64,000 nucleotides of DNA, from positions 429,418 through 493,417 of the forward strand of contig JAQGDQ010000086.1 in assembly GCA_030141605.1 (NCBI GenBank). Direction: 5' to 3'. The DNA comes from Tubiluchus corallicola. Lineage: Eukaryota; Animalia; Priapulida. This document shows positions 26,001 to 38,049 of the stretch, piece by piece (the first letter of the stretch is position 1; each line of letters opens with the position of its first letter). The notes beneath the pieces are model-generated. The model saw only the letters and a list, made by a program, of their open reading frames with translations, had not been told where the DNA came from and did no database searches. Both the position numbers and the translations under genes were made by a program.

Positions 26001-27955
26001 ATTCAGCTCAATCTGGCAGGATCAATATTTACATAAACGTGTCTGCAAGGTTTTCCCTCTAATGGCTGGAAACAATCAGTAAAACCACGTCTATCAGACG
26101 TCCGTCACAGCAGCAGAAAACAGCTCTCAGCCTCCCAGTAGAGATTTCAATCTGACTGAGTATGACAAATGCGCTGGAGAGCTTGATGGAAAAATTATTC
26201 ATTCCGGATGAAATCCATCCGGTTCCCAGATGAATCTGTTTTTCACGTGAAGAGCTCATAACATCTATTAGATTGACACGATTATTCTTGCGAGTCATCC
26301 ATTACGGCTATGAGTTTCATCAGCCATTATTAGATCAGTTTCCTCACTTGAGATGTGCCCAGTAGATGTTTTGCAGAACGTGAAAGGCGGCAGTGGTGCT
26401 TTCAATGCAGGAATACATCAATGCACTTTCAACTCAATGCTATCATCATCTGACTGTTCAGTCATTTATTTATTTATTCCGTTTATGTGAGCTTAGTTGA
26501 CGAATGGTCTGGCCAACGTACAATTTATTCCAATTATGTGCACTGCCACACGGTTGCCTCGATACCTGCTTTTACATATATTACATACATCATCTGAATA
26601 TTCAGTTATTTATTTATTTATATCATATTTAGTTTATGTAGTGTGGTCTGAAGAGTGGTCTCGCCAATAAAATGATCAAACGACGTCATAGGGTTGCCGG
26701 GATACGTGTTCTTGCACATAGTAGCAGATTCTTATCCAATGCCTAGCAAAGTTACAAAGTGGGCTGCAGAATTCCCATCCATTCTGGAGCATTTTCCAAA
26801 TCGAGAATGCACAGCGATAAACATTGTAATGTCAAATTGCATGTCTTGCTTTGACGCTTTATAAAGTCGAAATTAATTTAAGTAATTTTCTAATTGTTTT
26901 CTAGCGTGTTCAGCCCTAAGCGTTTTTACAATTTTTAAGCGTTTCTACACTGATTACAGATTTTATCCCTATTATTATATACTGAATAAACCAAGAGGCC
27001 ATGCTTTCTGTTTATTGAACCAAAGTCTCGTGGTAAGCACTGCTGGAGATGTCTTCAGAAAAATTAACTGAAACAGTTCGTGTGATTTAACTGCTCAATG
27101 GTACCTCTACATCTTCTGCAATCGTGTTTTATCCAGGCTTTTTATCGTGCTTTGTTCGACAACTTCTTGGCAAAACATGATTGCTGTAGGTGTAGTTAAA
27201 TCAGTAGTCAGTAGTCAAATCATACCAATCTTTTCACTAAATTTTTCTCAAGACATCTGCATTGGATGAAATTTTGGTCGAATAAATTCGAAATGAGGCC
27301 CCTTGATTTATTCGCTATTGACACATTTTTTCTATTAACTGTACGTATTTTTACTGTAAATAATTTTTGTAGTCTGTTTTTGAATTTTTTATGGGTGCCG
27401 TGTAATTCTCAATTAAAAAAGTCTTCTTTATTCAAAATTGCATGCTCTTTCTCGAGGTTTTTTGATTATCATTTCCTCACATTCTGTATACTATTCTACA
27501 GTATCACCTGCAACAGCTGAGCTAAATTCAAGGTTTGCCCAGGGATGCTGAAAACATGGCAAAAAGTTTTGAAGTAAGAGTAGTTTAGCAGCTGTTACTG
27601 TCTTAAAATGCGCCTCTAAAATGAAGTTATTCATTGTGTGCTTTGACTGAACTTGTGATGTGGTGTTGCTGAAGACAATGATATTATTATTGGTGACGTT
27701 AAATCTTCTGTTGAACAGCAAGAAACAACGATCCGTGGATTCACGAAAATGTCCCACCATCAAGCAACAAAACTTGAATAATAGATTAATTTCATTAACA
27801 CTAAAGTTCGCCACGCAGATACCATAAAAAGCTTAGCAGGGTGAGAAAAAAGTTCGGGCCAGTTTAACTTTGACAAAAATATGTCATGAATAACTTTGAC
27901 ATGAATGAAAACCAATAACCAAAACAAACTTAAGAACTGATATACACACTGGTTA

Positions 27956-28087
27956 GCATGAGCACAAAATTAAGATATTACGAAAAAATAAAAATCCATA
28001 GCTTTTGTTTAAAGGGGTTATGCATGAGCACAAAATTAAGATATTACGAAAAAATAAAAATCCATAGCTTTTGTTTAAAGGGGTTAT
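27956..28087. repeat. Perfect 66-bp tandem duplication
   Basis: gcatgagcacaaaattaagatattacg...aaaggggttat at 27956 and 28022. Confidence 0.9.
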
Positions 28088-28819
28088 CTAAGGAAATCCT
28101 GCCACACACGTCTTGCAAAATGTCACGCATTTAAGACAATGTCGTCAAACAAAAGCCAAATATAAGGCAGCGTTTTGCAAATGCTTTAATGTGTCCATGT
28201 GTAAATGTAAACTGGATAACACAGAATAATCTCTTACTCACAGCGAATATGATAGGACGAGAGCAAATAGATGAATTTTCAACAGGCGAATGAGAAGCCG
28301 CTAACCCATCAAGACATGTTAACAATTGCTTAAGTTACAAGCACAGTCTTACAGCAAATGCTGCTATTGACGGAAACTCTGAATACGAACGAAAGCGCTA
28401 TAATCGCACTTATATCGCTTGCCCACACAAGTTGAGAAAAGTACAAGAAACCCCAGAAATCACTAACGTCTCGGCCTACATTTGTGTAAAAGCAGCATTT
28501 TGGCAGACTGTCTCTTGTTCAGACCGTTTCGAAGTTTCTTGACTGGCATGTCTTATCATGCCCACGCTAATTAGGTTATATCACGCAGACAGAGCAAACT
28601 AACAACTGAACCATGGTAAGAATCGGGATGTCATTCTTAACAAAATGGATTAGGAGTTTAGAGAGAGTACGCGTTGTGAATGGTAATAAATCCATCACTT
28701 CTCGTAGCGTGCTTCGATGCAATAGCCAAACCGAACGAACCAACACAATGCAGTAATGACCTAGCAAAGTAGTTGTCTATTGCATGCATTTCGGCATTCA
28801 CTAGTTAGAAGGGCACGAG

Positions 28820-29000
28820 GACCAGCATTTTGGAAATGTAGTGTGCAATAAAAAGGTGTTGTACCTCTCAGTTCAGATGTGTTAGTTTGTGACAAACTGC
28901 ACACATTCGACAGCTCATGCATGAGCACAGCGGTAAATTTGAAATTTTATCTTAAACTTACTTAGTTTTAGTACAATACACTGAATATCTTACACTGAAA
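28820..29000 (-). mobile_element. Reverse-orientation fragment of the Kolobok-like family
   Basis: gtacctctcagttcagatgtgttagtttgtgac...catgagcacagcggtaaatttgaaattt is the reverse complement of 24060-24150 and 57920-58010. Confidence 0.7.
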
Positions 29001-29570
29001 ATTTGTTCATTCATGGCTTTATTTGTTTATCCAATCATTTATTTATTTGTTCATAGAGTTAAGAATGAGTTGCACATTTGTTCATCAAATCAAAATGAAA
29101 TCTTGGGACATTTAATGAATGAAGATACAATGGAATAAAAATGCGTTAAGAAAAGCAGCACTAATCCTGAAAAATAACAATTTAAACACGGCAAGAGAAC
29201 AGATCTCCATAAAGCAGCCATTCCGCTCACAAGAAAAGTGCATTAGCAGCATTTCTCAGATCTTACTTACAGTCACACATTTCACCATTATGGCTAACAC
29301 CACTGCCACCTGGTGATAATGAAAGCAATAGTGGTAACCTTTGGAGAAATTGAACAAAATATAGTTTGGTACACGAGTCAATTAGCACTCGGGGCTTTTA
29401 ACAACTAAAAGACTGTTTTAATGCTGATCTATTATAATATTTTTACGAGTGGCAAACCTTTCACAAACAATGATGCAGCCAAATGGTGCAACCATTATTA
29501 ATAGAACCATAAATAAACCACACTAAACTTTATGGCAACCCCTAACCACTTTAGTAACGGTTTCACTCAC

Positions 29571-29662
29571 TTTTTCCCCTTTTCGGCTTTGTATTCCCCG
29601 CCGTATTTTGGTCTTGTACCGACTAATTCAAATATCTCCGGCAGATAGCTTGCAAACATGGC
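29571..29662 (-). CDS. slo: Slo1 exon: C-half of S6 + S6-RCK1 linker (92 nt, phase 0->2)
   Basis: ttttatag|GCC ATG...AAA AA|gtgagt; [30 protein letters not shown](K). Confidence 0.95.
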
Positions 29663-29823
29663 CTATAAAAAACGTAAGAAAATCAATCATGTGCATTATC
29701 TCTAACAAAACAATGGACTCTTCTCAGCCATTAAAAACACGCCAGTCAGTAACAATAGGCTGCATACGTATAAAGAAAAGAACATGTACATCACATGATC
29801 AAATAACCCTCAGTCAGTAATTA

Positions 29824-30299
29824 CACTCATATCTCGGTTTGCCAGACTAAAACGGGGAGACGTCGGTCCGAGTTTGCAAATAGTCCGTATTTACCGGATA
29901 CTAAGCTAATACAGTAGACACCGTGTATTAGATTCACTGCAATGCAGAATCAATTGCCTAATTGTCTCAAAAATGTCTGTACGGGCCGCTCCTATGCAAA
30001 AGTATATGAAAACACCACATAATGGACTCTATATTTTTTCTGCATATACTTAAATAAGATACTTTTAAGTAAATAAGATACTTTTAAGTAACCAAAGAGC
30101 TTTTACTATCTTTATGTCGTCTTACTTCGCTGTTGTGCACTACAATATCTGCAGAAACAATAGCTACAAACTGACTAGCGGTAAGCTTGCGAAACAAATG
30201 GACTGTATCCGTAGTGTGCGGGACTTTTTAAGGGTCCAGATTTTGTCCGATTTTTTCAAAATCCGTAAAAGTTAGGTCCGGCAAACCGAGATATGAGTG
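29824..30299 (-). mobile_element. Tc1/mariner-type MITE (TA TSD), copy 3, inverted relative to copies 1 and 2
   Basis: TA|CACTCATATCTCGGTTTGCCAGAC ... GTCCGGCAAACCGAGATATGAGTG|TA. Confidence 0.85.
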
Positions 30300-30399
30300 T
30301 ACAATAATAAAAGCAAAAGCCGACTTGGAAATAGTGAATTGGCTGGCGAGTTTATTGGATTGAATTTGGGACATTTAGGGCACGCCTTACTCATAAACA

Positions 30400-30474
30400 G
30401 GCTATGTGTGGGTCTAATGGTCACAGCATTAACTTGCAGTCAAAAAGTTCCTGGTTTGAATCCTGGCTCAGTCC
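30400..30474 (+). pseudogene. Degenerate tRNA-derived sequence (tRNA pseudogene or SINE head)
   Basis: A-box-like ggtctaatgg, anticodon-arm-like ttaacttgcagtcaa, B-box-like ggtttgaatcc; stems mismatched. Confidence 0.4.
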
Positions 30475-32491
30475 CAATTGTTTCACAAGTCTTTTCTTTT
30501 GGTTAAATTGGTTTCAAAAGCGTAAAAACTAAAGGTGTATCTCACGCTTAATAACACTCAATGTAATTACCATTATGAACAACTAATTATACGTAGAAAG
30601 ACCAAGATACGTTTCTAGCATTACAAAACAAATAGAGCAATGCTTTTTCATGCAAGAAATGTAAAGGTATTTAAGAACACTAAACTAAATGTTCACCATC
30701 AAAGACATTTACTGCTTATCAAATAAAAAGAATTTATTTAAATTATTAAAACAATTAATACATAGGCAAAAAGAAAGATTTATAGCAAATTCACAGTTCA
30801 AATAATTAATTGACATTTGATAATGTTGGGGACCAAGAAGCATTTTGGCTTATTAAGGTAACCAGATATAATCTATAATAATGAGTTAATAAAACGTATC
30901 CACATACAGCACACAACAATAGGAGACAATTTGACATTATATTAAAAGAAAAGGAAAAAAACAGACACAGTATAATACAAAAATATATACATATTTACAA
31001 TAAAAGCAATATACAAAGTAGTACATTGAAACTAAAAAAATTGACAAGATAGCTTGATCAACAATACTGCTGGAGAAGAGAGTGTTTATGTTTATAAATT
31101 TGAGCAGTGTTTTTATTTCTATGTTAAATGAGCATAAAGAAGTAACTGGTTGATTTACGATCAGTTCTCTCAGACAACATCTATTTGAAACATTATGTCA
31201 AATAATTTTCATAATTTCGTTTCTCCCAGTGATTACCAAAGCTAAATACTAGAGGTTGTATGGATATGAATCACAAAGTTGCTCAAGTTACTTTTGCTCA
31301 TACCAACAAATGATAATATAGGCAAATTATAACTAGACGCCATCATCATTGTCGTCATAGTAGTCATCATCATCATCATCCTTACCACCACTACCACCAT
31401 CATCATCATCGTCAACTGTTCTTTACGTCTATTGCAGACATTGGGCAGGCAGAATTCTAATACAGAAGAACTCCAACCTTAAGACAGGTAAACACAGAAG
31501 TAATCCAGGAAAAACCTAGACACTGCTATGCCAAATGGAATAGACTGCAGCTCTGCAAAAGCGGCCACCTTGAGAAATTAAAACAAGGCTGTGAATATAA
31601 GGAGCAATCTTGATAAACAGATAAACAGCAGCAAGCGGAATAATAAAAATACACAAAAATGCTGACGCAATAAAAACGACAATGATGACGACAGCCTGGT
31701 GAAAACGTTGTTTATTAGTAAAAACCTACGCAGAAGTCTGTGTGCTTGCTACAAGATTACGTATTTCATGTAGGATGATGCCATGCTATAACAGGTAAGT
31801 CACATTACGATGAAATTCTAAAATCTGACATTAGGAGTGATTAATAATCGTGCCGCTATCATGCCTCGCAGCTGCACAATAGTCTGTAAATATTTGAAGA
31901 GAAAATCAGTCGGCCATGCAAACTCGATAGAGATTTGTTTACGAATCCTGTGGAAACAGTTTCATCGACTGTCAGGTTTTGCATCAGCTGCATCCATACC
32001 GGGAGAGAGAGAAGCTTTTTCAGCCCATTTGGCCAAGACAGTTAGTTCTTCCTAGAGGCGCTTTAGTTGTGGCCCTGAGTTTAGGAACTAATAATTTTGT
32101 TATTGAACACAGGTAAACTACTTTTACATCTAGGTTATTTCTAAAAACCTTGTTTCAAAAAGAGGTGTGTAGCAACATAATAAAGGTATATTTCTCTCGT
32201 ATGGTGAAAATGTTTCGATACATTATTATCATTAGTTCCCGAAATTCACATTAAGACTAGAATGCATTTAACGCAATTATTAAACCAAAAGTGCCATCAG
32301 ATGCTAGCATAAGGTTAAATAACTCTTGTATAGGTGGCGCATAGGTATATTCTATATAGGTATTGCAGCTCAATTGATGCTGCTGAGGTTGTTGCAGCTT
32401 TTGTTTTTGATGCCATTGTTTTTGTTCTTCCTGTGTCTATTAATTCTGTTGTAATTTTTTATTATTTATACGTACACACAAAAATACTTAC

Positions 32492-32662
32492 CAAGCCACC
32501 CATTATGAAGAATGTGATGAAGAATCGTCCCAGGATAGTTTTGCAGGAAATATCCCCATATCCCACGGTGGACATTGTTACTAATAGGAAGTAGATGCAT
32601 TCCCAATACGTCAGATTTTGCTTGTTCTCAAAGCCCAGGAATGGATCTCCCGAATTCTCCAA
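32492..32662 (-). CDS. slo: Slo1 exon: turret, pore helix, selectivity filter, N-half of S6 (171 nt, phase 0->0)
   Basis: ttttgcag|TTG GAG...GGC TTG|gtaagt; [57 protein letters not shown]. Confidence 0.97.
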
Positions 32663-35588
32663 CTGCAAAACCAAACTAGCATCAGTTCAGGAATACTACT
32701 TTATTGCTTATATGTATATTTAAGTGTGCACTGTGGAAATTTACTACAGTATAGTCACGTAATCACAAATTTGTGTGCAAAGCTAACAAAGTTAAGCACT
32801 ACTGAGCTTATAGTCAGTAAATTGATAGGTGACATATCTGCCGTAATGTCCCCAGCTATTTCTTTCCTGGAGAAAAGTTTGTATATCCAAACACAGCAAG
32901 GTCACTCGATCATGACTAGGATATTGTGCCTTCAGTATTTCATTTCACAGGATTATGCTTCATACGAGCAGAGTCCACGAATACGTGCATTAACTACACA
33001 ATGCCATTGAACATCATAAATGCAAATTATACCAATAAGAAGTTTTGACAACAGTCACCCATCCATTTAATAGCAGGCCCGGCACTGTTTCATTGTCTAG
33101 ACCCGACACGTTCCTCTGCAGAAATTCCAAAATTTTTCCAAGTCAGCAGATTGTAGCAGGCGCGCATGCATAATCGAGCATTATGCTTTTATAGTGAAAC
33201 AATAATGTCGCTCATATTGAAAGCGTCAGCCGTGCCCGTGAAACCTTTCAATTTAGATTTATTGCATCCATTAACATAACTTGAAGCGAACAAAGCAGTA
33301 ATTATGTTGAGCCGTAAAAGCAAAATTGGAAAATTGATGATCATGAACACGTAAGGAAAAAGCATGCCGTGAAGAAGTGGTTTCCTTTCTAAGAAAAATA
33401 CTCCTGCTGTAATAGCTTTGTTGTGATGTTATAAAACCTGATGTTGTAACGTTATAAAATCCTGTGGCCAAAGTTTCATACTACAAAAATTACTCAGTGG
33501 CAACGGCGACTGTCGCCGTCTTGCACACGATGCCGTAAATTATCATTCACACGAACGACTCTTGTTAGATTTTATCTAAAAATGTCTAGGCACCGTGCAG
33601 ACATTTTGTACTTTAATTTTTCAAGCATTGTTTAGCATAATGAGGTGTGTTGAGATTAAATCAAATACAGCATTATGTAAGTAAATTTTACACTACGCAG
33701 CATTTTTGTATGTGAAACAGAAGTCTTGGCATTGCACAGGCATTTTGTAATTTAATTTTTCACGCACTGTTTAGCATTGTTCAGCATGTTGAGATGTCTA
33801 AATCAACTACAACATTACATAAAAATTTTTACACTATGCTACGTTTTCTTACGTGGCGTAAGAAAAGTTTGTTTTTTGCTTGCTAAGTGACAGCTATTAC
33901 GACAACCATGAACTGCACATGTCATTTTAGTTCTTTTACTTCAAGGGATGTACATTTCTTTACTGACTGTAATTGATTGATCGATCAGTTATACAAACAT
34001 ATACACGCATACAATAAAATTTAAACTACAGCACACAATGTTAAAGATCTATAACTAAAAAAAAAATCACATAAAACTATATATTAGGGCAAACAATTAT
34101 ATACAAAGTAAAGTTACCGTATACGCAGAGGTTATATAATTGAACCTGATAAAAAGAAGTATCTGTGAGCAGAGGGCAACACAAAGTTTGACCTGTATCG
34201 TACGTCAGATACGCTAATAAAAACACTAATAATGAAATTATCAGTTTTTCGTTGATTCTTGACCAACTACTACATGCAGCTTCTCTTCTTACAGCAGTGA
34301 AATGTGGAATATGGTTCACTGCACACATATACGAAGCTCTAGTGCCACATTCATAATTAAAAAATTTGCTAACAGCAGTATTATGTCTAACACTGTAATG
34401 TGTTAGAAAAAGTGTTTATATATGTAACACACGGCTTCTACAAACGGCTTCAAAAATAATTATCACTTTTAGCAGGTGATAATAGTGCCTACGTGAACTA
34501 ATGTTTTGTGTACCTCATAATCGACTTTGTATAAACTGTGTACTAACTTACTACCCACCACGGGTACCAATATCAGTTTTTACAACTTAGAAAAGAAAAT
34601 TGTCTAGGTGCTGACCCATTTGATGAAATAAATATACCAGAATTAAACTTTATCCACGAATTTTACTAACATTTGATGATTTGATTATCAGCCTAATATC
34701 ATATGACATTAAATACTTGAAACAATTCAGCTTTCAACTGAAATTTAAGCAAATACGCATCATTTGAACAACTTTATGTGAAAAAGCCCGAGTGGCAAAA
34801 TAATGTGGAAAATGATTTGAGACCAATTTCACCCGCCGTCGATTTCTGAAGCTGTAACGATTAAGTTTACCAGCACAAATTTGATATAATAGGACTTTTC
34901 TGAGTCCACTGAAAACTTAGAGTTTGCCAGGGTTTGAGTCAATTACAAAATGTTTCTAAACTTGAATCATCACGTGCGAGTAACAGCATCAACTCTGAAC
35001 GCAAATTAATAAAATAAAGTTTGGTTTTTAATTTGTAATTTTCGCAAATCTGCTGAAATTTATTATTAGCGAGTGCTTAGTGCAAAAAATAAATCAGGAT
35101 TGCGACTTAATGTTTATCTACTGCTGATTGGGTCTGCTAGAATTGCCAGTCAATTTCTAATTAGAATTTGAAAAGAAATGGTGTTCAAAGAAAGCTACCA
35201 GATGTTTTTGCCATATCCAGCAGGATTCCCGCAATAATAAGACAGTTTTTGGAGCAAAATGGAAAAGCTCTTAAACAGTCTGTCACTGAACCAATGGTCA
35301 CTTCTTTTTACTTTTATGACAATTCAAGTCTCTTACTGTTATTGGAACCTGGACGAGTTCATTGGAACTCGCTTCTTACTGGTGAATATTCCACTACTTC
35401 TACAACAAGCAGAAGGCAAGAACATGAGTTGTATGTCAACTTATAAACTGCTGTTCAGTCACCTTATAGGTAACAGCAACAGGTAACTCATGTTAGCAGG
35501 TTAAATGTTATGCAACAAACGTGATCTGAACATGTCCTTGTTATAAAAATAAAATAATGACACAACAGTGATGCTAGTTCATACTTAC

Positions 35589-35740
35589 TAAATGAATAAT
35601 ACCAGCTCCAGTAAGCCATACACTCAGGAACGTGGACGCTAGCTGAGTGATTTGTATGGAAGCGCTCGTCTTTAGTAAATTTAAATACTGTAGTATGTCT
35701 GGAATAGTCATTAGCCTCAAAGCTCTGAGAAATCTCAAAC
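35589..35740 (-). CDS. slo: Slo1 exon: S4 + S5 (152 nt, phase 1->0)
   Basis: gcttcgtag|GT TTG AGA...CAT TTA|gtaagt; [51 protein letters not shown]. Confidence 0.95.
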
Positions 35741-36903
35741 CTACGAAGCAACAAAACAGACGTAATTAATTAAATGGTTACAAAAACCCAGACTGTTACT
35801 TTCAAAACTTTCTAAAATTTATAAATTCAACTTTTGGTCGTATACCCGAATCTTTTAAGAGTGCGAAATTAGGTAATCTAGCAATAATGTAATTATGTCT
35901 ATTATTATATGCTCCTTGTCTTTTATTTATGTCTGTGTAACTGCATTAGAATTGGTAATTATGTTTATTAAAATTGTATGTAGTTGTTTTTCATTATGTG
36001 TAATGCGCTTAGATTTTGTTACTATGTATTAAAATATGCTCGTAGTCTTTTATTATGTATGTATGTGTGATGCATTATAATTTGTAACTATGTTTATCGT
36101 ATCATTCATTGTGTGTAATGCGTTAGAGTCTAAAATTATGCACATGATAATATATGCTTAATGCTTTATAAATATTTTTAGCAATTTTAAAACATATACC
36201 TGCAAATAGAGAGAATTTTATTGTAAATAGGTTTTTAAAAATAAAGGACCGTAATAAAAGAAATTCAAAACTAAAAACATTGGAAAAATGGAGTTTCAAA
36301 TCTGTTGTCAGCTTTTTACATTAAAAGTGCAAATGCAGATGTCATTGTCTGCTCTTTTCTGCACAATTTCGATAAAGTAGAAATAAACCTACCATTGTAT
36401 TTATGTGCACTGCATTGTTATTTGTACTTTTTCTTGTTTTATATCACTTTTTTGAAATGATGCTGATTTCTGGCACCAAAAACTGTATTGTTTTTTCAAT
36501 TTTCAATTCAATCGATCTATTTTGCAATAAACAAATATTTATGCAACACAAGTGCATTGATAATCAATTTTTCGTTAATACAACAAAATCAATATATAAT
36601 TCTCGAATTCTGCGCTACAGACGAGCTTATTGACAAAATATAGGTGAAGGTGTTTGTTTATTTATTTGGGGCTTTTGCACCTCTTTACTTTAGACAATAT
36701 TTTATTTCAGCAAAAAACGTCTCCAATTTTAAAAAAATTACATGTATGCAATTTTTTATGTTTTGTATCACTTACGCGATTAGCCGCTTGTGTAATAGGG
36801 CACATTGTTCTGACATAAAAACAATCATTTTCATCAGAATGTAAGTATTTTTACATGTCTGTATGCGCCAACATGTAATAGTGATTGGAGGAACTCCACT
36901 TAC

Positions 36904-37015
36904 CTATCCAATTACGATCAAGATAGATTGCAAGGAATGATGGAGGGATAGTAAAATAATCAATGAACGAGTGAACCTCCAGTAGGAACCAGATTTTGTC
37001 ATTTGCAGCTATAAA
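36904..37015 (-). CDS. slo: Slo1 exon: S2-S3 loop + S3 (112 nt, phase 0->1)
   Basis: cgtttcag|TTT ATA...ATA G|gtaagt; FIAANDKIWFLLEVHSFIDYFTIPPSFLAIYLDRNWI(G). Confidence 0.95.
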
Positions 37016-37118
37016 CTGAAACGAAGCAAAAACAGTATAAAAAAAGATATTCAAAACTATGTGTTCACGACAGGTTTACATTCTAGCTAACACTGTTATC
37101 TATTATCAACGGTTGCAG

Positions 37119-37460
37119 TCGAGGCCAGATTATGATCTCTTGGGGCCCTCAGACGGAGCCATCCTCTAACTCGCCCGCACCCGTCTTAAATATTTTTTTA
37201 CTCGCGATTTGTTTTAGCAACATTTACATAGCTTGAAGTAAACTTAATGCAAATTCTTTAAATAAATTAGTACAGCTATCTTTCGTATGTCAATAAAAAT
37301 ATTCTTTAAGAAATACCTCTATTTTACTATTTAGTGAAAACCAAATTAGCACATATGTCAACACAGCCGTAGGAAGACAACAGATTTTTTACAAATGTTA
37401 CCAAAGCTTGAGGGCCCCAAGGTTACATCCATTAGTAGCCTATAGGATAATCAGGCCCAG
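37119..37460. mobile_element. hAT-like MITE
   Basis: 8-bp TSD ggttgcag/ggttgccg; GGCCAGATTAT ... ATAATCAGGCC; subterminal ggggccc/gggcccc. Confidence 0.6.
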
Positions 37461-38049
37461 GGTTGCCGTTATAGATTCCTGGGAACAAACAATCATTTAT
37501 TACACGCTGTTACTGGAATGAAAAATAAATATTAAAATCTCCTTCATGCAGTAAATTTACATACTTCCCGTCATCACTAAGCCTTGACCAACTCACAATT
37601 CTAAGACACTGACCAGCTTAGAAATAATTAAAAGCGAAGCCTGTCATTTCCCAGACCATGGAACATCAGCTTATAAGCCCCTTGGGGGACATGTATTCAT
37701 TATGCAAGCAATTGGTCGCCAGACTTCAAATTTCTGATGATAATCAGTAAAATGCGAGTAATTTACTGGAAATGAATAGTCTTTATGAGATTTATAAAAT
37801 TCATCTTGGGTGAAACAAGCATTGAATTTGCTCTTTAATAATGTAAGATGTTGCTTAAAGGACAAGAAAAGGGGAAAATGAAGTAGGTTTCAGAAACATC
37901 GCCTTAAAAATCATACTACTTTACATCATTTTTATGCATATATCATTCTCGCGACAAAAAGGAATTTTTGTTTGTTTTAATTTAAAAACTTCCGCAATAC
38001 TTTCCGACATCCGATAATGTGACGACATTAAACGTCACCTACGCAAACG

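Noticed and set aside
26040-27800. Possible LINE RT remnants (EPDGFHP-like and WFNK-like motifs; also FRKAHS near 48440)
   Set aside because: Too short and too decayed to support a call without a profile search.
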